From positions 120,907,741-120,971,740 of the forward strand of contig CM041465.1 of the NCBI GenBank assembly GCA_023213395.1: a stretch of 64,000 bases of DNA, given 5' to 3'. The notes below the pieces were generated by a model. It saw only the letters and a program-made list of their open reading frames with translations. It was not told the origin of the DNA and made no database searches. The DNA is from Cycas panzhihuaensis. Taxonomy: Eukaryota > Plantae > Cycadophyta. This document shows, one piece after another, positions 1 through 14,599 of the stretch (within the stretch, counting starts at the first letter, position 1; the number at the start of each line of letters is the position of its first letter). The translations under genes were made by a program, and so were the position numbers.

Positions 1-1189
1 CCTAACCTACTTTCATTGTGCTTATTTTTATATTTTCAAGTTTATTAAAAATAGTTTCCATCATAATACAATTTAGCAAATAGAAATGTTATTAAATTTC
101 TCCTAGAAGTTTTATACATCAAAATCTTAGTTATTTGAGCACACTCAAGCATGTCATTTTCATATCAAAGGAAGGATAAAGCTTAAAGAGTCATGCTACA
201 ACAAGTCTAGGTACCTCTTCTCTATTTATCTGTTTCTTTTAAGCAAAAAGAAAATAAACAACAAAGAAAAGGAGGAAAATACATTAGATTCACTCTTACC
301 CTATTTTCCCTTCTTTTCATTCTAACAGAAAAAGGAAAAGAAAAAGGTTATTTTACTCTTGTTTTATTTTTCTTTTCCTTTTTTTCTTTAAACGAAAAAA
401 AGGAAAAGAAAAGTAATTTATCTCTTTCTTTTATATTTATCTTACTTTCCCTACTTGTAAGAGGATAAAAGACAAAAAGAAGAAAAAAGAAAAAACCAAA
501 ATCTTGAAAAGAGAAAGAAACATTTATTCATTTTCCTTGCACATTACAATGCATCATTTTCACCTCATCAAGAATTAGGAACATACAATGAAAACCTAAG
601 TGAAGGAGAGGATCGCATAGTTACAACTCCTCAAATTTATGGGGCTATATTATGCCTGCTAGTTAGGGTGGTTTATTATTTGTATTAAATAAAAAAACTA
701 TATAAATACATTAGGTGTATGATCCCCATTAGCTTTACATAGGTTAGTTTCCACCCTTATACCCATACTAGACATATACCCCTTAAATATATTGCCCTTG
801 TTAAGCCATCCTCTAGCTATGTGAAGGCATAATCAAGCCTTACACTTGTGCTAAAGCAATGTATGAGCACCTTGAGTGGGGCATCAGTTCATGCCACACC
901 CCTCTCAAGTACCTTCCCATACTTGAGGTCCTTTGTTATTAGGTTTTTTTTTGTGTTTTATCCCATTCCTGTATATTTAGATGTCACACCTTGAGTTGAC
1001 TTATATTAGGATATAGAGATTCTGCATTGCTAAATTATTCTCCTTACTAACTAATTCTCACACTCTCACATTTATTAGATTATTACTTTCTAATACAAGT
1101 TTTAATTATTGATCTATTTTTATGGCACTCTTCACTTGTACATATGAGAAATTGAATAAATCTTAGTCTTTATTTATATCTGCTTAAAT

Positions 1190-1730
1190 GACTTGAGATC
1201 ACATTGATAGTGTTATATTAGTATAGGATTGTTTATACATTTATCACTCTTACATAATCTCTAAAAGATTAGTCTTAGACACTCATCTCTCTCTTTCTTA
1301 AGTTTTAAATTTTTTGAACAAGGTTTGAGAGTAGTTTACTAGAAGGAATTTCTTGTTGAGCTTCTTTACCATCTTACTCCAAGTTTGAATATTATCTTAT
1401 TTGCTTTTCACCCTCTTCTTATGCAAGGAATCCCACCATATCATTGCACAAAATTTTAATTTGGCACATATAAGTTTCATTTTATTCTCTTTTATTATTT
1501 TCTTCTATTCAAACAACTTCTTTATATTGTTTAACCAGTCAACCAACTCTTCAAAATTTAAACTACCTCCATACTCTAGGGCATTAAGCTTCACTCTACT
1601 ATTCTTTTCTTTTAAGCTCTCAACATTCTCTCCTTATAAAATGGTGGTTCTCATGGTCCCTCTTCCTCATGCTCCACACTAGCTTCAGGTTCTATTTTAA
1701 CATCACTATCATATCTTCTTAATGCTTTAT
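1190..1730 (-). mobile_element. Degenerate Ty3/Gypsy gag fragment (second copy, paralogous to ~3940-4490)
   Basis: Clear DNA similarity to 4030-4490 (tagtcttagacac...aggtttgagagtagt...cttctttaccatctt). The antisense ORFs 1401-1682 and 4226-4453 are visibly homologous. Confidence 0.75.
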
Positions 1731-1769
1731 CTGTAAATAAGATAATCTCCTTAGGTATAAGAAAGTGCT

Positions 1770-4700
1770 ACTAGTGGCTTAATGTCTACACAATAACATA
1801 GAACTCTATACCATAGGTGCAATACTTCTTTCTCACCTCATTTAACTTTGAATTGTAATATATTACTGGCCTTCCTTCTTGACTTAACATGACCCTAATA
1901 ACTACATTTAAAGCATTGCAATTGACCTCAAATATCTTTCTAAAATCTAGTAGTGCCAACATAGGCACCTCTATAATCTTTTACTTCATCAACTTAAAGC
2001 TATGCTAAGTTGCCTTATTCTAAATAAACTCCTTTCCTTTAGTACAATCAATTAAGGGAGTAATGATGGCATTGAAATTTCTAATAAACTTCCTATAAAA
2101 TATGGCTAAACCATAGAAGTTCATTACCTTTATTATATTCTAAGGTGTACACCATTTAATAATGGCTCTAGTTTTCTCGTCGTCTATTTGTAGTCCATTT
2201 TGAGATATTACAAATCCCAAAAATACTAAACTACTTTTCATGAACTTGTATTTTTTTAAGTTCACATATAACTTCTCTACTCTTAACATATTTAACACCA
2301 TCCTTAGGTGTATTAAATACTCCTCTTTTATTTTATTATATGTCAAAATATCATCAAAATAAGTAACTATAAACTTACCAATATGTGGTTACAGAATGGT
2401 ATTCATTAATCTTATAAATGTACTTGGGGCATTTGATATCTTAAATAACATGGATAGCCATTCATGTAGCCCATCCCTCATTTTAAAGGTCGTCCTCTAC
2501 TCATTCCCTTCCTAAATCTAAATATGATAATATTCACTTCTTAAATAAATTTTAGTGAAATAGGATGTACTTATCAACATATCTAACATGTCATCCATTT
2601 GAAGAATTGGGAACCTATACTTGATTATGATTTTGTTGATTATCCTATAATCAACGCATATCCTCTAGGAACCATTTTTCTTTAGAGTTAAGAGTGAAAG
2701 AGTTATATATGAGCTCATGCTTTCTTTCACCATCTCTTTCTTTATTAATTTATTAAGTTGTTATTTAATTCTTTATTCTCCATAGGGCTTAGTATATATA
2801 GAGCTTGATTTAGTAGTGCAGATCCTAGAATCATGTCAATCTGATATTGGATGTTTCTCTTCAGTGGTAAACCCTCTAATGATTCATTGTACATGATGTT
2901 ATTATTTTATTATAATAGTTTGATGACTTCTTGTGTTATTAATACTTAGTCCTCAATGTTTTCCACTTGATTTATCATTAAGGCATAATTAGTCCTTGTC
3001 TCTCTTACTTCTCTTAGAAATTTCTTTGGAGTCAACATAATTTCTATTTATCTTTCTTCCTTCACAACTAATAACACCATCTTTATACCACCCTTCCAAA
3101 AGGTATAAGTATTCTTTCTTCCATCATGATAAGCATTCCTATCATATTATTATAGCCTCCCTAATAATACATGGTAAGCAGTTATTAAGAGAACATCACA
3201 TCATACATCATCGTGATATGTACGCATAATGGTAAATTTCACTAAATATCTTTTATCTACCACCACCTTACTTCCTTTCCTCACCTAAGAAATTTTGTAA
3301 GGGGTAGCATGCCTTTCACAATACAATTCTAATTTTGCTATCATCTTAGTAAAAACTATATTTTCATAGCTTTCACTATAAATAACAATCTTATAAGTCT
3401 TGCCTTCAAAGGTACATCTCATCCATAGGATATTATTGCATAGTTATGATTCATTAGTTTCTTTTTATTTACCTTCTTCTTGCACTAGATTTTATTTCAA
3501 AATAATCAAAGTTCTTCTTTATATTAGGTTCTCCCCAACATCTTCTACAACTTTTATAGGTTGTTCCTCAACTTAGACCAAGTTCACTTTTAGCTTCTCT
3601 CCTTGGTTTCTTGGTTAGACCAAGTTTTCTCTTAGCTTCTCTTATTGGTTTCTTGGTTGATTATAATAATATGGATGTTTATAGGCCTTATTACCCTTTG
3701 GTTTTAGAAACCCCTATACTCTTATCTATGTTGTATCACACTCTACCTTTCCACCTAATTAGGCAATTCCCCATGAGAGTAGTTAAAACTTTCTATACCT
3801 CTAAATGGGGTTGATGGTACCTTCCTTACCTTAAGTGATTTTTTAATAGGGTTTCTATTCTATTTCTCTTTTGCTTTTAAAGCAAATTAGTAAGCAGCTT
3901 CATCATTATTAATTTTAAACATTCTAAGGTCATCTCGAATGGAAAACTTCATGTCATTTATATACCTAGTAGTTATATGTTTTTTTGTTTCTTCATGCTC
4001 TACCCTAATGGATAACTTATAGAATTTATCAGTGTAGTCTTAGACACCCATCTCTCTTTATCTTAAGTTTAAAATTTTTTTGATAAGGTTTGAGAGTAGT
4101 CCACTTAAAGGGATTTCTCTTTAAGCTTCTTTACCATCTTGCTTTAAGTTTAAATCTTATCCATTTTATTTCCTACCCTTTCCCTTTGTAAGTGATCATA
4201 TTATATCATTGCATGACATTTTAAATTGGCACATACAAGTTTCACTTTCTTCTCTTTTGTCATTTCTTTCTATTCAAAGATTTTTTTTATATTGTTTAAT
4301 CAGTCAACTAACTCTTTAAGCTTTAAGTTGCCTATATACTCTAGGATATCAAACTTCACTCCACTATTCGTTTTTTTTAAGCTCACAACATTCTCTCCTC
4401 ATAGGATGGTGGTTCTCATGGTTCTTTTATTTAGGCTCCACCTTAGCTTCTAGTTCTATTTTGACATCACTATTATGTCTTCTTAGATCTTGTTCATTCC
4501 TTAAGAGGATCTCTTATTGCATTAACACCACCTTTACGAGCTCTTTAATGCTTCTATAAACCTCTTACACACTCATGTTCAATTATGCATCCCCCCTCTT
4601 TGGCCATCTTGTCTCTCAAGTTATTTACCACCTTCTTTCAAACACTTTTAATTTGCTTCTAATAATTCTCAAACATATTCCAAAAGAAAACATAAAATTT

Positions 4701-5373
4701 ATCAATAATTTATTGTAAACTTCTTTTTCCTCTCCTCCCATAATTAAACCACACTCTGATACCATATGATGGGGTGGCGATTCCTTCAGTAACATATGGA
4801 TGTAATAAGAATAAAGTATCTTAAGTGAAACAGACCAAAAATAGCCTAAAATTACCTTTTTTTTATAAATTGTTATTTTTTATTCCAAAACCAATAAAAA
4901 GTTAAAACCTGAGCCTTTTATAGTGCATAAGTATACAAATTCGAGGCCTTTGACTATGTAAAAATTTTAACTACCATCCTCTAAAATTAAAAAACTAACT
5001 TAGAGTGAAAAAACCCCAAATCTAAAACTTTTTATTTTTAATAAGTTCTTAAAAGTTCTCCAAATCACACAAAAACTTACCTATGGTTAGTAAAACATTT
5101 CACAAAAACATAAGCAATGTAAAACTAGCCTCCTAACTAAGAACAATAATACTTATAAAGTATTTAAAAAGTAAGAAATAAATGTAAAATTTAGTTTTCA
5201 ACTACCAGGTGACCTTGGATGGACTTAAAATTTTAAAAACAATGTGCACCTTTCAAAGAAATTTGATTTTAAAATAAAATACGAAAGAGAGAAAAAATAG
5301 ATACTCATATCAAAATTTATGACCCTAGTAAGTTGACCCTTCAAATTTAGAATTTGTAATTACCCTCGTATCA
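1770..5373 (-). mobile_element. 3'-truncated, heavily decayed Ty3/Gypsy element (CRM-like): 5' LTR, PBS, gag, PR, RT, RNase H
   Basis: RNase H 'FEVNCNALNVVIRVMLSQEGRPV' (1786-1968). RT 'HLRMVLNMLRVEKLYVNLKK...FLGFVIS' (2140-2346). tRNA-iMet PBS (revcomp TGGTATCAGAG) at 4754-4764. Candidate LTR 4767-5373 with TGAT...ATCA ends; outer boundary tentative. Confidence 0.8.
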
Positions 5374-6553
5374 ATTATAGGTAGGCAACACCTGTACAAG
5401 CTTAAACATGTCTTTATAATGTAGTCTTCAAATGAGGGTATGAGCTTCAACTCTTTATAAACGATGCACCAATAATAGATAGAACAATATATACTTATAA
5501 TAAAGTAACAACATCAACATCAATGGCAAGTTGAAGGTGCAACAACACTTCATAGTTATGACAAGCATGTTATGCACCTATAACTATTAAGCTCAAATAC
5601 ACAACACCAAAGCTCTAATAGTAATATGGTAAACCTAATAGTAATAGTAGATAAATTATTTAATAAATAACTAAATTAAATTGTCAAATAGTAAAAAAAT
5701 CATACTATAGAAGTTGGCATGAAGGTTGGATGCCGAAGTGCCAACAGAATTACTCCATGGTCAATAAAATTAATAATGATGATAATGAATGAACGTTACC
5801 CACTTATTTATAACCATAGGATGGACATGTTTTATCTCTCTCTTTAAGATATTGACTTCCTATTCTCTCTATAAAAATTGGCTTCTATTTAATAATTTAT
5901 TTTGCAATGTCTTTAGTAGCAACCTTATTTATGTTAATAATAGTAAAAGAGCTTCTTATTTTGCACTATAAGCAAACACACAAGATTGCTTTTTAAAACA
6001 TATATCAATATAAGTATGTATACTATTGAAATTATATCCTTAGGAAATATATTTTCAATTGTGTAGTGGTAAAGCTAATGTAATTGCATGGTAATACTCT
6101 CAATTTGGGGATTTGTTAAGGAGTAAGATGTTCTAAAAAGAGTAGTTGCTTTAGTGAGAAAATTTTAATTATTTTCCCTTATCCAAGAATAATTAATACT
6201 AAAGTATAAGACAACGATCAATATAGTCACCATTAGATAAATATTAAAGTGCTTCCTAAAAAGACTTCATCCAAGTACACCTAGGTGATCATTAGAAAGT
6301 AGGCCAAATTAATATATACAATAACTATCATTAATATTAAAGTGGCCAATATAAAGTTCTTGATCTAAATATAAATGAACACTAAGAGAAACATGACCTA
6401 AGTGTACACTAGGAAGTCACTATATAATAGGTTTGCCTTTAAGGTTTTCTTTTTAAACAAGTTTCATAAAACAGAGTATAAACGAATATGGCTAGTAAAA
6501 GGTCTAAGCCATCACCATGAAGTCAATATCTACAAGAAGACACCTTAGACTAG

Positions 6554-6727
6554 AAAAATATTATATGTCTACATATCTATCCAAAGTATTTAGCTTGATA
6601 AACCTTAATAGTGGTGTTGTGACATGTAGATATGCTAAACAAAAATATTATATGTCTACATATCTATCCAAAGTATTTAGCTTGATAAACCTTAACAATG
6701 GTGTTCTGACATGTAGATATGCTAAAC
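6554..6727. repeat. 87-bp tandem duplication (2 copies)
   Basis: aaaaatattatatgtctacatatc...gacatgtagatatgctaaac at 6554 and 6641, with few mismatches. Confidence 0.92.
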
Positions 6728-7049
6728 ACAACCTTGCTTCTTTCATCTGGAGATTATAACCCATTGTTTGCATGTGATTAGACTGTGGGGAATAAAGTCA
6801 ACACTCCAACCAAGCATTCTTAAAAAACATGTTGGGGTTTTTAGAAGGAATAGAGCCATGCATAATGCATGTTTTGTGAATTATTTGATTGTGATTCTTT
6901 GCATTTAAGTATTTCATTATAGTTAGGATTTAACATGCACAAGTTAGTTTGTTAGTAGACACCAATGGATATAATGACATCCAAGGGCAAATGTTATCAA
7001 TTTTTGACAATTATAGTAAATCCAATTGGTCTATGCATTTGATGCATAT

Positions 7050-9350
7050 TCATTTAGCATTCTTGGAACTCTAGAATTATGCCTCTTTACCATTGACGTG
7101 GCATTTGTAATGGACACATTGAGTCCAAGAATTTTAGTATTCCTTCCAAAGTGGTTGAGATGTGTTGCAACGCTTCGAGTATAGCGGTGAATGCAAATGC
7201 GCAAGGAAACGCCACGTAATTAGTATCATCCAACTTAAGGCGTTGTTGCTATCAAAAATATTGACGGGTAGGGAACGGCATGTACGGTCATAAGTGATGA
7301 CTCATTTTTCATAATAATTAATGAAAATGGCTTACACGCTACGATCGGTGATAAACTTTTCGAACTTTGAGCAATAGAGAACTACTCGTTTAGGGTGCGG
7401 TGTCTTTATCACTATGCACCGGCCTTTGCCCCAATAGGTAGTCACGCATCGACAATTTTTAAAGTGTGGTGTATTTATATCTAACAGTCATTCAGAAAAA
7501 TTTCGAATTCAATCTCTTGCAATTTTGAATTGGAAAAATTCTATTAAAGTGATTGCGTTTCTTGATTTTGTTAACGATTCTCCTTCGTCCGTTCGTACAT
7601 TCAGACGTTTAGCGTTCGTTGTTCAAATACAATCCTCAGTAATTGCATTACAGCGGTACAAGAAGGCGGAGCTGCCAACTCGATCTTGGCCTGTCGTGTA
7701 TCAATCTTCAATTCCCAGGTGTTTTTTCCCATTCTCTTTTAATAACTTCAATGCTTCCAACTTTAATGAAACGTTGTGCCCGGTGGCATGTATGAACCGC
7801 TTTAAAAATATTTGTATTTAATTTACTTCGATATGTATAGAATGATGTCAGTATCGGTGGCTCGTCAGCCACTTTAGGTACCAATAATTTTGAATAAATG
7901 ATTAGCCAGTCCTTGCAAGCCGTTGCTGTCGTGGACAGTACAGTCGTTACGCAATCACAAATTCTCACTCTGTCGGAGGTTGCGTGGACAATTTTTTAAG
8001 CTTTTATATTTAATTAATATATTCCAATTTTGTATAGAGATAGCATAGCCCGCCATTTTTATAGTACTGTGCACGGTGCCCCCTCAAACCACTCCTGGGC
8101 CCGACTCCATACATCATTCCAATATCTGTTTTGAGCCATCGCCGTTGTCCTATGCGCTGGTCTCTACCCACTATCCAGCCATGGAAAGTCCCTACGAATG
8201 AAACGTCAATGAATTTATGTGCTTCAAAGGACACCTAGACAAATCATCATCATAAGAGAGCTTCATCGAACCGCTTTGCTTATGCGTTGTCGTTCGTCTC
8301 AAATGCCTGGACTACATCATAGAGCTACTAAACGATAAAACGTTTACTAAAATATTATTAATTACAGATATTGCATATCCAAGTGCCAGCAAATTCTTGG
8401 GTTACACTCGCACTAGTATTTTTTTGCCGCCTCCTGTTATTTTTTAAAATTACGGATTGGTGGATGATGATCAGTCACTTGTTTAAAGCAATCACAGGTA
8501 AAATGCTTTTGAAGCCTTGTAGATCTTCCTCCTCCTATTTAATAGCGAATGGGCAAGAAGGAAAGAAATTTCGCTTAATCACGATGCCACCGGGAACCTT
8601 TTTCTCACTTAGGGGGATCCCGTTTGCATTTATGACCACTTTTAGGACCGCTTGAGAAAACCCTCTTCCTGTCGTTATGTGAACTTCGGCACCTGTAATC
8701 GTCGTGTTTGTACGGCGCCATCGAACCGAATTCTTTAACGAAAACTGTCCAAGCAACCTGGATGTAAAATATACTGATATGCGCCCCATTGTAGCAATTT
8801 GAAGAAAAAGGGCTGCGTTTTTCTGATATAGAAATGCAGGAGTAACCCACGTTATCATGGTTATCTCCCTTAGTGCGTTGAGATTGGTTGCGTTCAAAAC
8901 ATTAATTCAAAAGCAAGCACCCTGGACATGGGCAAAGCCGATGCGAATTAGAACCACACCACATATTTTTCTCCGTTATGCATCATTTTAATAAGGTCAT
9001 AAAGAAAAACCAAAAATTTGGGTACCGCTTGTTCGGGAATCTTCTGGTATAAACAATTCTGTTCATTGCGAAGTATTCCTTGAATTTACTGGTTGGCTTG
9101 AATGCAAAGCAGACGGTGCCATCCGACTTGCCGTACATACTTCAGCTATGGTTTAATGCTAGAAGTCCAAAGCTGGATGCTTTTGTCAAAATTTTGTTGG
9201 ATTTGGAGATTGAATAAGCAACCGTGTGAAGATTTATTGGGTCCAGAAATTCCAAAAAGCATGTGTTGTGAATTGTTTAACGAAGGCTGATCAAATTTTC
9301 CTCAAGTAGTTTGTGTTAAAATAATTAGAATTTGTTCAATTTAGCATTGG
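7050..9350. promoter_or_regulatory. CpG-retaining non-repetitive island with bZIP-type motifs; candidate distal regulatory region
   Basis: CG dinucleotides are much more frequent than in the TE flanks. TGACGTGGC 7094-7102, GCCACGTA 7211-7218, ATGACTCAT 7297-7305. Confidence 0.4.
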
Positions 9351-10137
9351 AAAAGAGATGTTAGATATAGCTGTTCGTAAACATTTATCGAATTTAGAGT
9401 TGAATATTGATTTTCCACGGTTAGTTCATATTTACCCTACTTGTAACACTTTTGCTTGGCACCTTTTCAATTTTTTAAAGTGATGGTCCTATGCGAGGGG
9501 GGTGTTCCACCGAAAATTTTTAAAAGCTCCTGAGAATTTTCAGGAATCTAAAGAGGATGATGCGGTCCCATGTTAATTAGACATTTTTGACTCCTAAAGT
9601 TGAGTTTTATCAATTGTTGATTAAAAAAATTGCCACTAAAAAAGGTAGTCAATCATAAGTAACAATGTGGGTTGGATTTTTGCCTAAACAATAGACGCTT
9701 ATTCTAGCCTCTTATTTTTCCTATAGCTCAAAAAAATAATTGACAAGCAACTCATTCCACTATTCATAGAAAAGATTCTATTTTTTCTTGTGAGTTGATT
9801 AATAGATTCTATTTTTTCTTATGAGTTGATTTTTGTAGCGGTAGGCATGGGACCTTACAGTAATCCGTGTAAAGTTCTTCTTGAATTTTTTGTACCATTT
9901 AACTATTTTATAAATCAATCTTTTAAATAATTTTTTAGATATTTGTTTTAATATTGTGCAAAATTATTTTACACCCTTTTAATCACTCATAGTAATATTT
10001 TTGTTATATTTAAATACATTACTCTTCGGTGTTAACAAATATTTAGAAGGGTTGATTATTGATAAATTATATGATTAAAGGAACCATGCTTCTTTTGTGT
10101 TGCACATTATTAATTATTACTCGTTATTTCTACACCT

Positions 10138-10967
10138 TATTAATATTAATATTTTTTTTTAATATTTCATAATCTACTTCATAAGCCTTTACATCCACAT
10201 GATATGCAAATTTTCCTTTAACTTCTCTTTTTACATAAGTTAGTGGGGTGTACATTGAAGAGAAAGATTTATCAAGGTCTTTTAATTTTCTTCTACCTCG
10301 TTATCAGTTACATTATAAATTAAGTTTAAAATACTTTATTTTGGTACTTTTAAAACAATGATTCCTTAGGAATGACAATTTTCTACACCCTATTCACCAC
10401 TAATAGTGATATTTTTGGGCTATTTTAATATATTAATATTAACTTTTTTTTCCCAATCTTTCATAATATACTTCATAGCCTTTTGCATCCACATGGTATC
10501 TAAAAGTTCCTCTAACTTCTCTTTCTACATAAGTTACCTAGGTATACATTGAAGAGAGATTTATTAGGGTCTTATAATTTTCTTCTACCTCATTATAAGT
10601 TACATTATAAATTAAGTTTAAAATAATTTATTTTGGTATTTTAAAATATTTACTCCTTAAAAATGACAATTTTCTACACCCTACTAATCACTCATATTGA
10701 CATTTTTGGGTTATTTCACTATATTAATATTAATATTTTTTTTTTCAATTTTTCATAATGTACTTCATAGGCTTTTGCATCCACATGATACGTAAAATTT
10801 CCCCCAACTTCTCTTTTTACACAAGTTAGTCAATAGTAGATTGGAGAGAGAGATTTATTAGGGTCTTCTAATTTTCTTCTACCTCATTATGAATTACATT
10901 ATAAATTAAGTTAATCAATTTATTTTGGTACTTTTGAAATATTGACTCCTTAGGAATGATAATTTTT
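10138..10967. repeat. ~293-bp degenerate tandem repeat, 3 copies (partial 4th near 9965-10010)
   Basis: Anchor catccacat at about 10192, 10486 and 10778. ttttcttctacctc and ttacattataaattaagtt recur with the same period. Confidence 0.88.
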
Positions 10968-13900
10968 TTTCCTTAATGGCTTTCATTAATTCATACCATT
11001 GAGCCTCCCTTAGTTTTTCCTTAATTAGCAATCACTTAGTTATTTGCATTCCCAATGTGGTAGCCAATTGATGGCTCCATTCTTTGTGTGGAATAATTTC
11101 TCCTTTCCACATTTTTTGTACACTTCTTTAACTATTGCTTTAGATTATCCCTTATTTTCTATTTAATATTTTGTAATTACCTTTTATTGTGAATTTAATA
11201 TAAAGAACCTAGTATGGTTTTGGTAATTAGGATTCCTATTTACTAGACCATTATAGTTGTTTCCCATATTATAGTATATAGGCCTTTGCATTCTTAGGTT
11301 CTTATCTTCTCATTTAGTGGTTTGTAGGTAATGGAACTAATGTTTAAACTATGGGGAGACATATTACAAACTCTCCATAGTTTAGGTGTAGATGACTAGG
11401 CATATGCAATCTTTATTTTAATTAATCTCTTAAACAAGCTTATCATCTTTAGCTAGTTGATGTTAATATGCTCTATATTTAATAGGCTACTATGGTAAGC
11501 TCTAAATACAACATACTTGTGTTGATCATAATAAATAGGCATGCATATTTGACACATATACATGTTTGGTTATAACCATAATAATAATGCTTAATAATGT
11601 TGATACACATATGTTGTATATAGAAAACATTATGCAAGACTCAATAACATAGCTTTCTAATTGAATCCAATGTGATAATAGATGTACATCCATATAAGAG
11701 CGTTGCACACCATAATGGTGCATCCCCTGGGCTTACACACCCATAATTCTTGCTTACTAACTATTATTTTAGGTGTAGTTAATGAATGACACTTACAAAT
11801 ATGCTCCATTATGTGTGCTCCTATATACATCTATATGTCTCACTTACTTTGATATTATATATGATAATATGCCCTCCATATCTCAATCTATATGCTTTAG
11901 CATTTCTCCTTGGGTGTTAGTTAGCGTACTTTTGATCAATGAAGCTTGCCTCACATTTGGTATGTAATTCGATGTGTATAGAATGCATTGGGCCAAGAGT
12001 GATGGCTTCTTCCAAGGACTACAAACAAACCTTAAAGATATGTGCATTCTTATGTACATAAATTTCAAGGTCCATAGAATGGATTAGGTTTATCTTAGCA
12101 TAATGAAGGTTCAAAGGCATTATTGGAAGTAAGAGAAGCATAATCATAATACATGCTAAAGAGTAATAAGAGATGTTTTTCAATCTATGATAATATTAAA
12201 ATTTAATAATTGAATTGAAGTAGTATTAGTTTAAAGAGGAGTTAGTGGTTAAACCTTTCTTATTATAGAAGTGACATAGGGATAAAGACAATTAATAGGG
12301 ATAAAGACAATTAATTCTTAGTATTTTAAGGAGATTAATAATCATGTCTGCCATTGGAATTTCATAGGTTATGGGAATATAAGAGCTCTAATCATCACAT
12401 GTACAAGAAGTGTGATATGATTAATACTTACAAAATCCAAAATTGTGGATGGAAATGATGATTTTATTTAAAATAACCCTTATTAACCTACATATAATAA
12501 TAGGGCCTTCAAGTGGTTATGGTCTTTATGATAAGTAATAATGATCCAAAGGCATTGTTCAAAATTAATGTGTAATTAATAAGGTAATAACTTCACTAAA
12601 AGTTAAGTATGTAGTGTGAGTGCATGTATTTAGTATAAGAATTATGCCCTATAAGCATTATTGTTTTTGCATTAAGTATTTCTTTTATGATTTAAAACTT
12701 TGGTGAGAGTAAGGAACTTATCTATTTATTGCCTTTGAAATTGAAAGAAATAAACAAGGGGAGAATGCATCTTTGTTTCATAAAAGCTTATTGTCAAGTC
12801 CAAATTAGATTTTTTTATTAACTTTAATGGATGAGTTTAAGGTTAAAAAATCTTTTGTGCTAATTTATAATCTATTTGGTCCATATTTAGACATCTTAAA
12901 TAAATGATCTCTCTTAGTCTATTTATTCATTGAACATGGGTTTAATTTGTGCTTTATTACTATTTATGTTTCAGCTTGGTGACCTTTTCTTACATATTAG
13001 ACTTATATGCATCAATGCAATAATAAAGATCAATGCTTGAACTGTTATGTACATTATTTTATTTCTTTTTTTGAATTTTGACTGATTGTATTTTCTTAAC
13101 AATCTAAATTTAAATAATAATAGTCAAATAAGGTTATTTTGATTATTACAAGTAGTTTCTATTACTCTTTCTATAAAATGATAGAGTTATATTATTGGGC
13201 AAAGGTTGTTTCAAACCAAAAGTTAAGCAAGCTTGAATTTGGTTAAGCAAAAAGAGAGTATGAAATAATAAAGATAATGCCGACAATAAACCTATTAATA
13301 TTTATATTTAGTGATCTTTATATGGTTGATATGTGGTTATAATTACACATAATATTACATGGAGATATATGTCATAAGATTAATTATACCATGCCATGAA
13401 GTGCAATGAACTAGATTTGGGAGAAATGAATATGTTCTGTATTACCCATTAGTACAACTATGGATTAAGGTTTATATTATTAGGTATGTGATATAATATG
13501 CTTGTAAAGGCTTCTATTATGATGTTTGAGTGGCTGGGTGCTAATCATCTTATATAGAATGGTAATCAATGGTGCCTAGGGTTTTGTGTAAAGCTTGTAG
13601 AAGTAACTCCCATTAGGTTAATATTATGATATTGATCCATCATGTGCACATTCATTTCCATTGGTTAAGGGTGGTATAATAAGATCTTGCATGATAACCT
13701 TGCACATTATAAATATAAACAAAGGTTTATATTTACAATTGGAATAACTATAGAGAAGACCATGGTTTTGTTCATTGTTGAAATTAACTTATATAATTCT
13801 CTTTTCTAGATATCATTAAGGAAATTTGGTATTTTAATTTTATGATGTGTTTATATATTGATGCTTCACCTCTATTGTTAAGTTATTATTATTAATTATC

Positions 13901-14599
13901 TTCGTTAAAGTACATTGAATGGCCTTGCCAAATAATAAGGGAGAGAAAGGCTAACATAATTAGGTTGCTTAATATAGTGTAACAGTCATTAGAACATTTT
14001 AAATGGTATTATTAAAATATTTTTTCTACTTTTATCGAAATATACTTCTTGTATGGTATTTTATAAGGCAAGCCACATGTGGTATTGCTTTAGAAAATTA
14101 TGCCATGAATGTTAATTTTCTTGTTGTGTTTATTCATGTAGGGTGATAATTATGATTAATTCTTTTAGACATGAATGTGCCCTCTATTTTTGAGTGCGTA
14201 ATAATCATGTTCACATGTTGTATTAGGTATTAAGAGCCTTCATCCATAATGGTGCAATTTCATAAGGTTTTGAGATTGAAATTCACAATAACATGTGTTG
14301 GCTTCTATCCCTCATCAAGGACTTGCATGATTTAGTATGAGGTTACTAAATCTATGATTGTTTACTACACTAACATAATTTAATTCCATATTTTTCCCTT
14401 GAACATTTGACATCACATTGAGGTGTAACAAGTATAAGATATGTACATGTGAATGTCCATTATAAATACTATAAAATTGATAAATACTTTTACAAGCTAT
14501 ATAGCTAGCACATAAGCTTATTAGTAATGGACATAAATAAACAATCATTGATAAGCCCATGATGTATATCACTTAGTTTGACCCTATTGATATCTTACC

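Noticed and set aside
1-1190. Purine/pyrimidine-tract region resembling an LTR element UTR/LTR
   Set aside because: No partner LTR, PBS or coding motif could be anchored in the window.
7660-8330. Weak miR159/319-like fragments (agctgccaactc; agagcttc) in the CpG island
   Set aside because: No mature TTGGA(C/T)TGAAGGGAGCT sequence and no fold-back.
7525-9290. Cluster of 60-120 aa ORFs on both strands
   Set aside because: No recognisable domain, mostly non-ATG starts, and mutually overlapping.
10138-10967. Repeat arrays considered as CRISPR-like
   Set aside because: Eukaryotic context; long degenerate tandem units without unique spacers or cas genes.
13150-13400. Possible KDZ/CxC-type transposase trace
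   Set aside because: Resemblance too weak by eye; kept only as part of an unclassified element.
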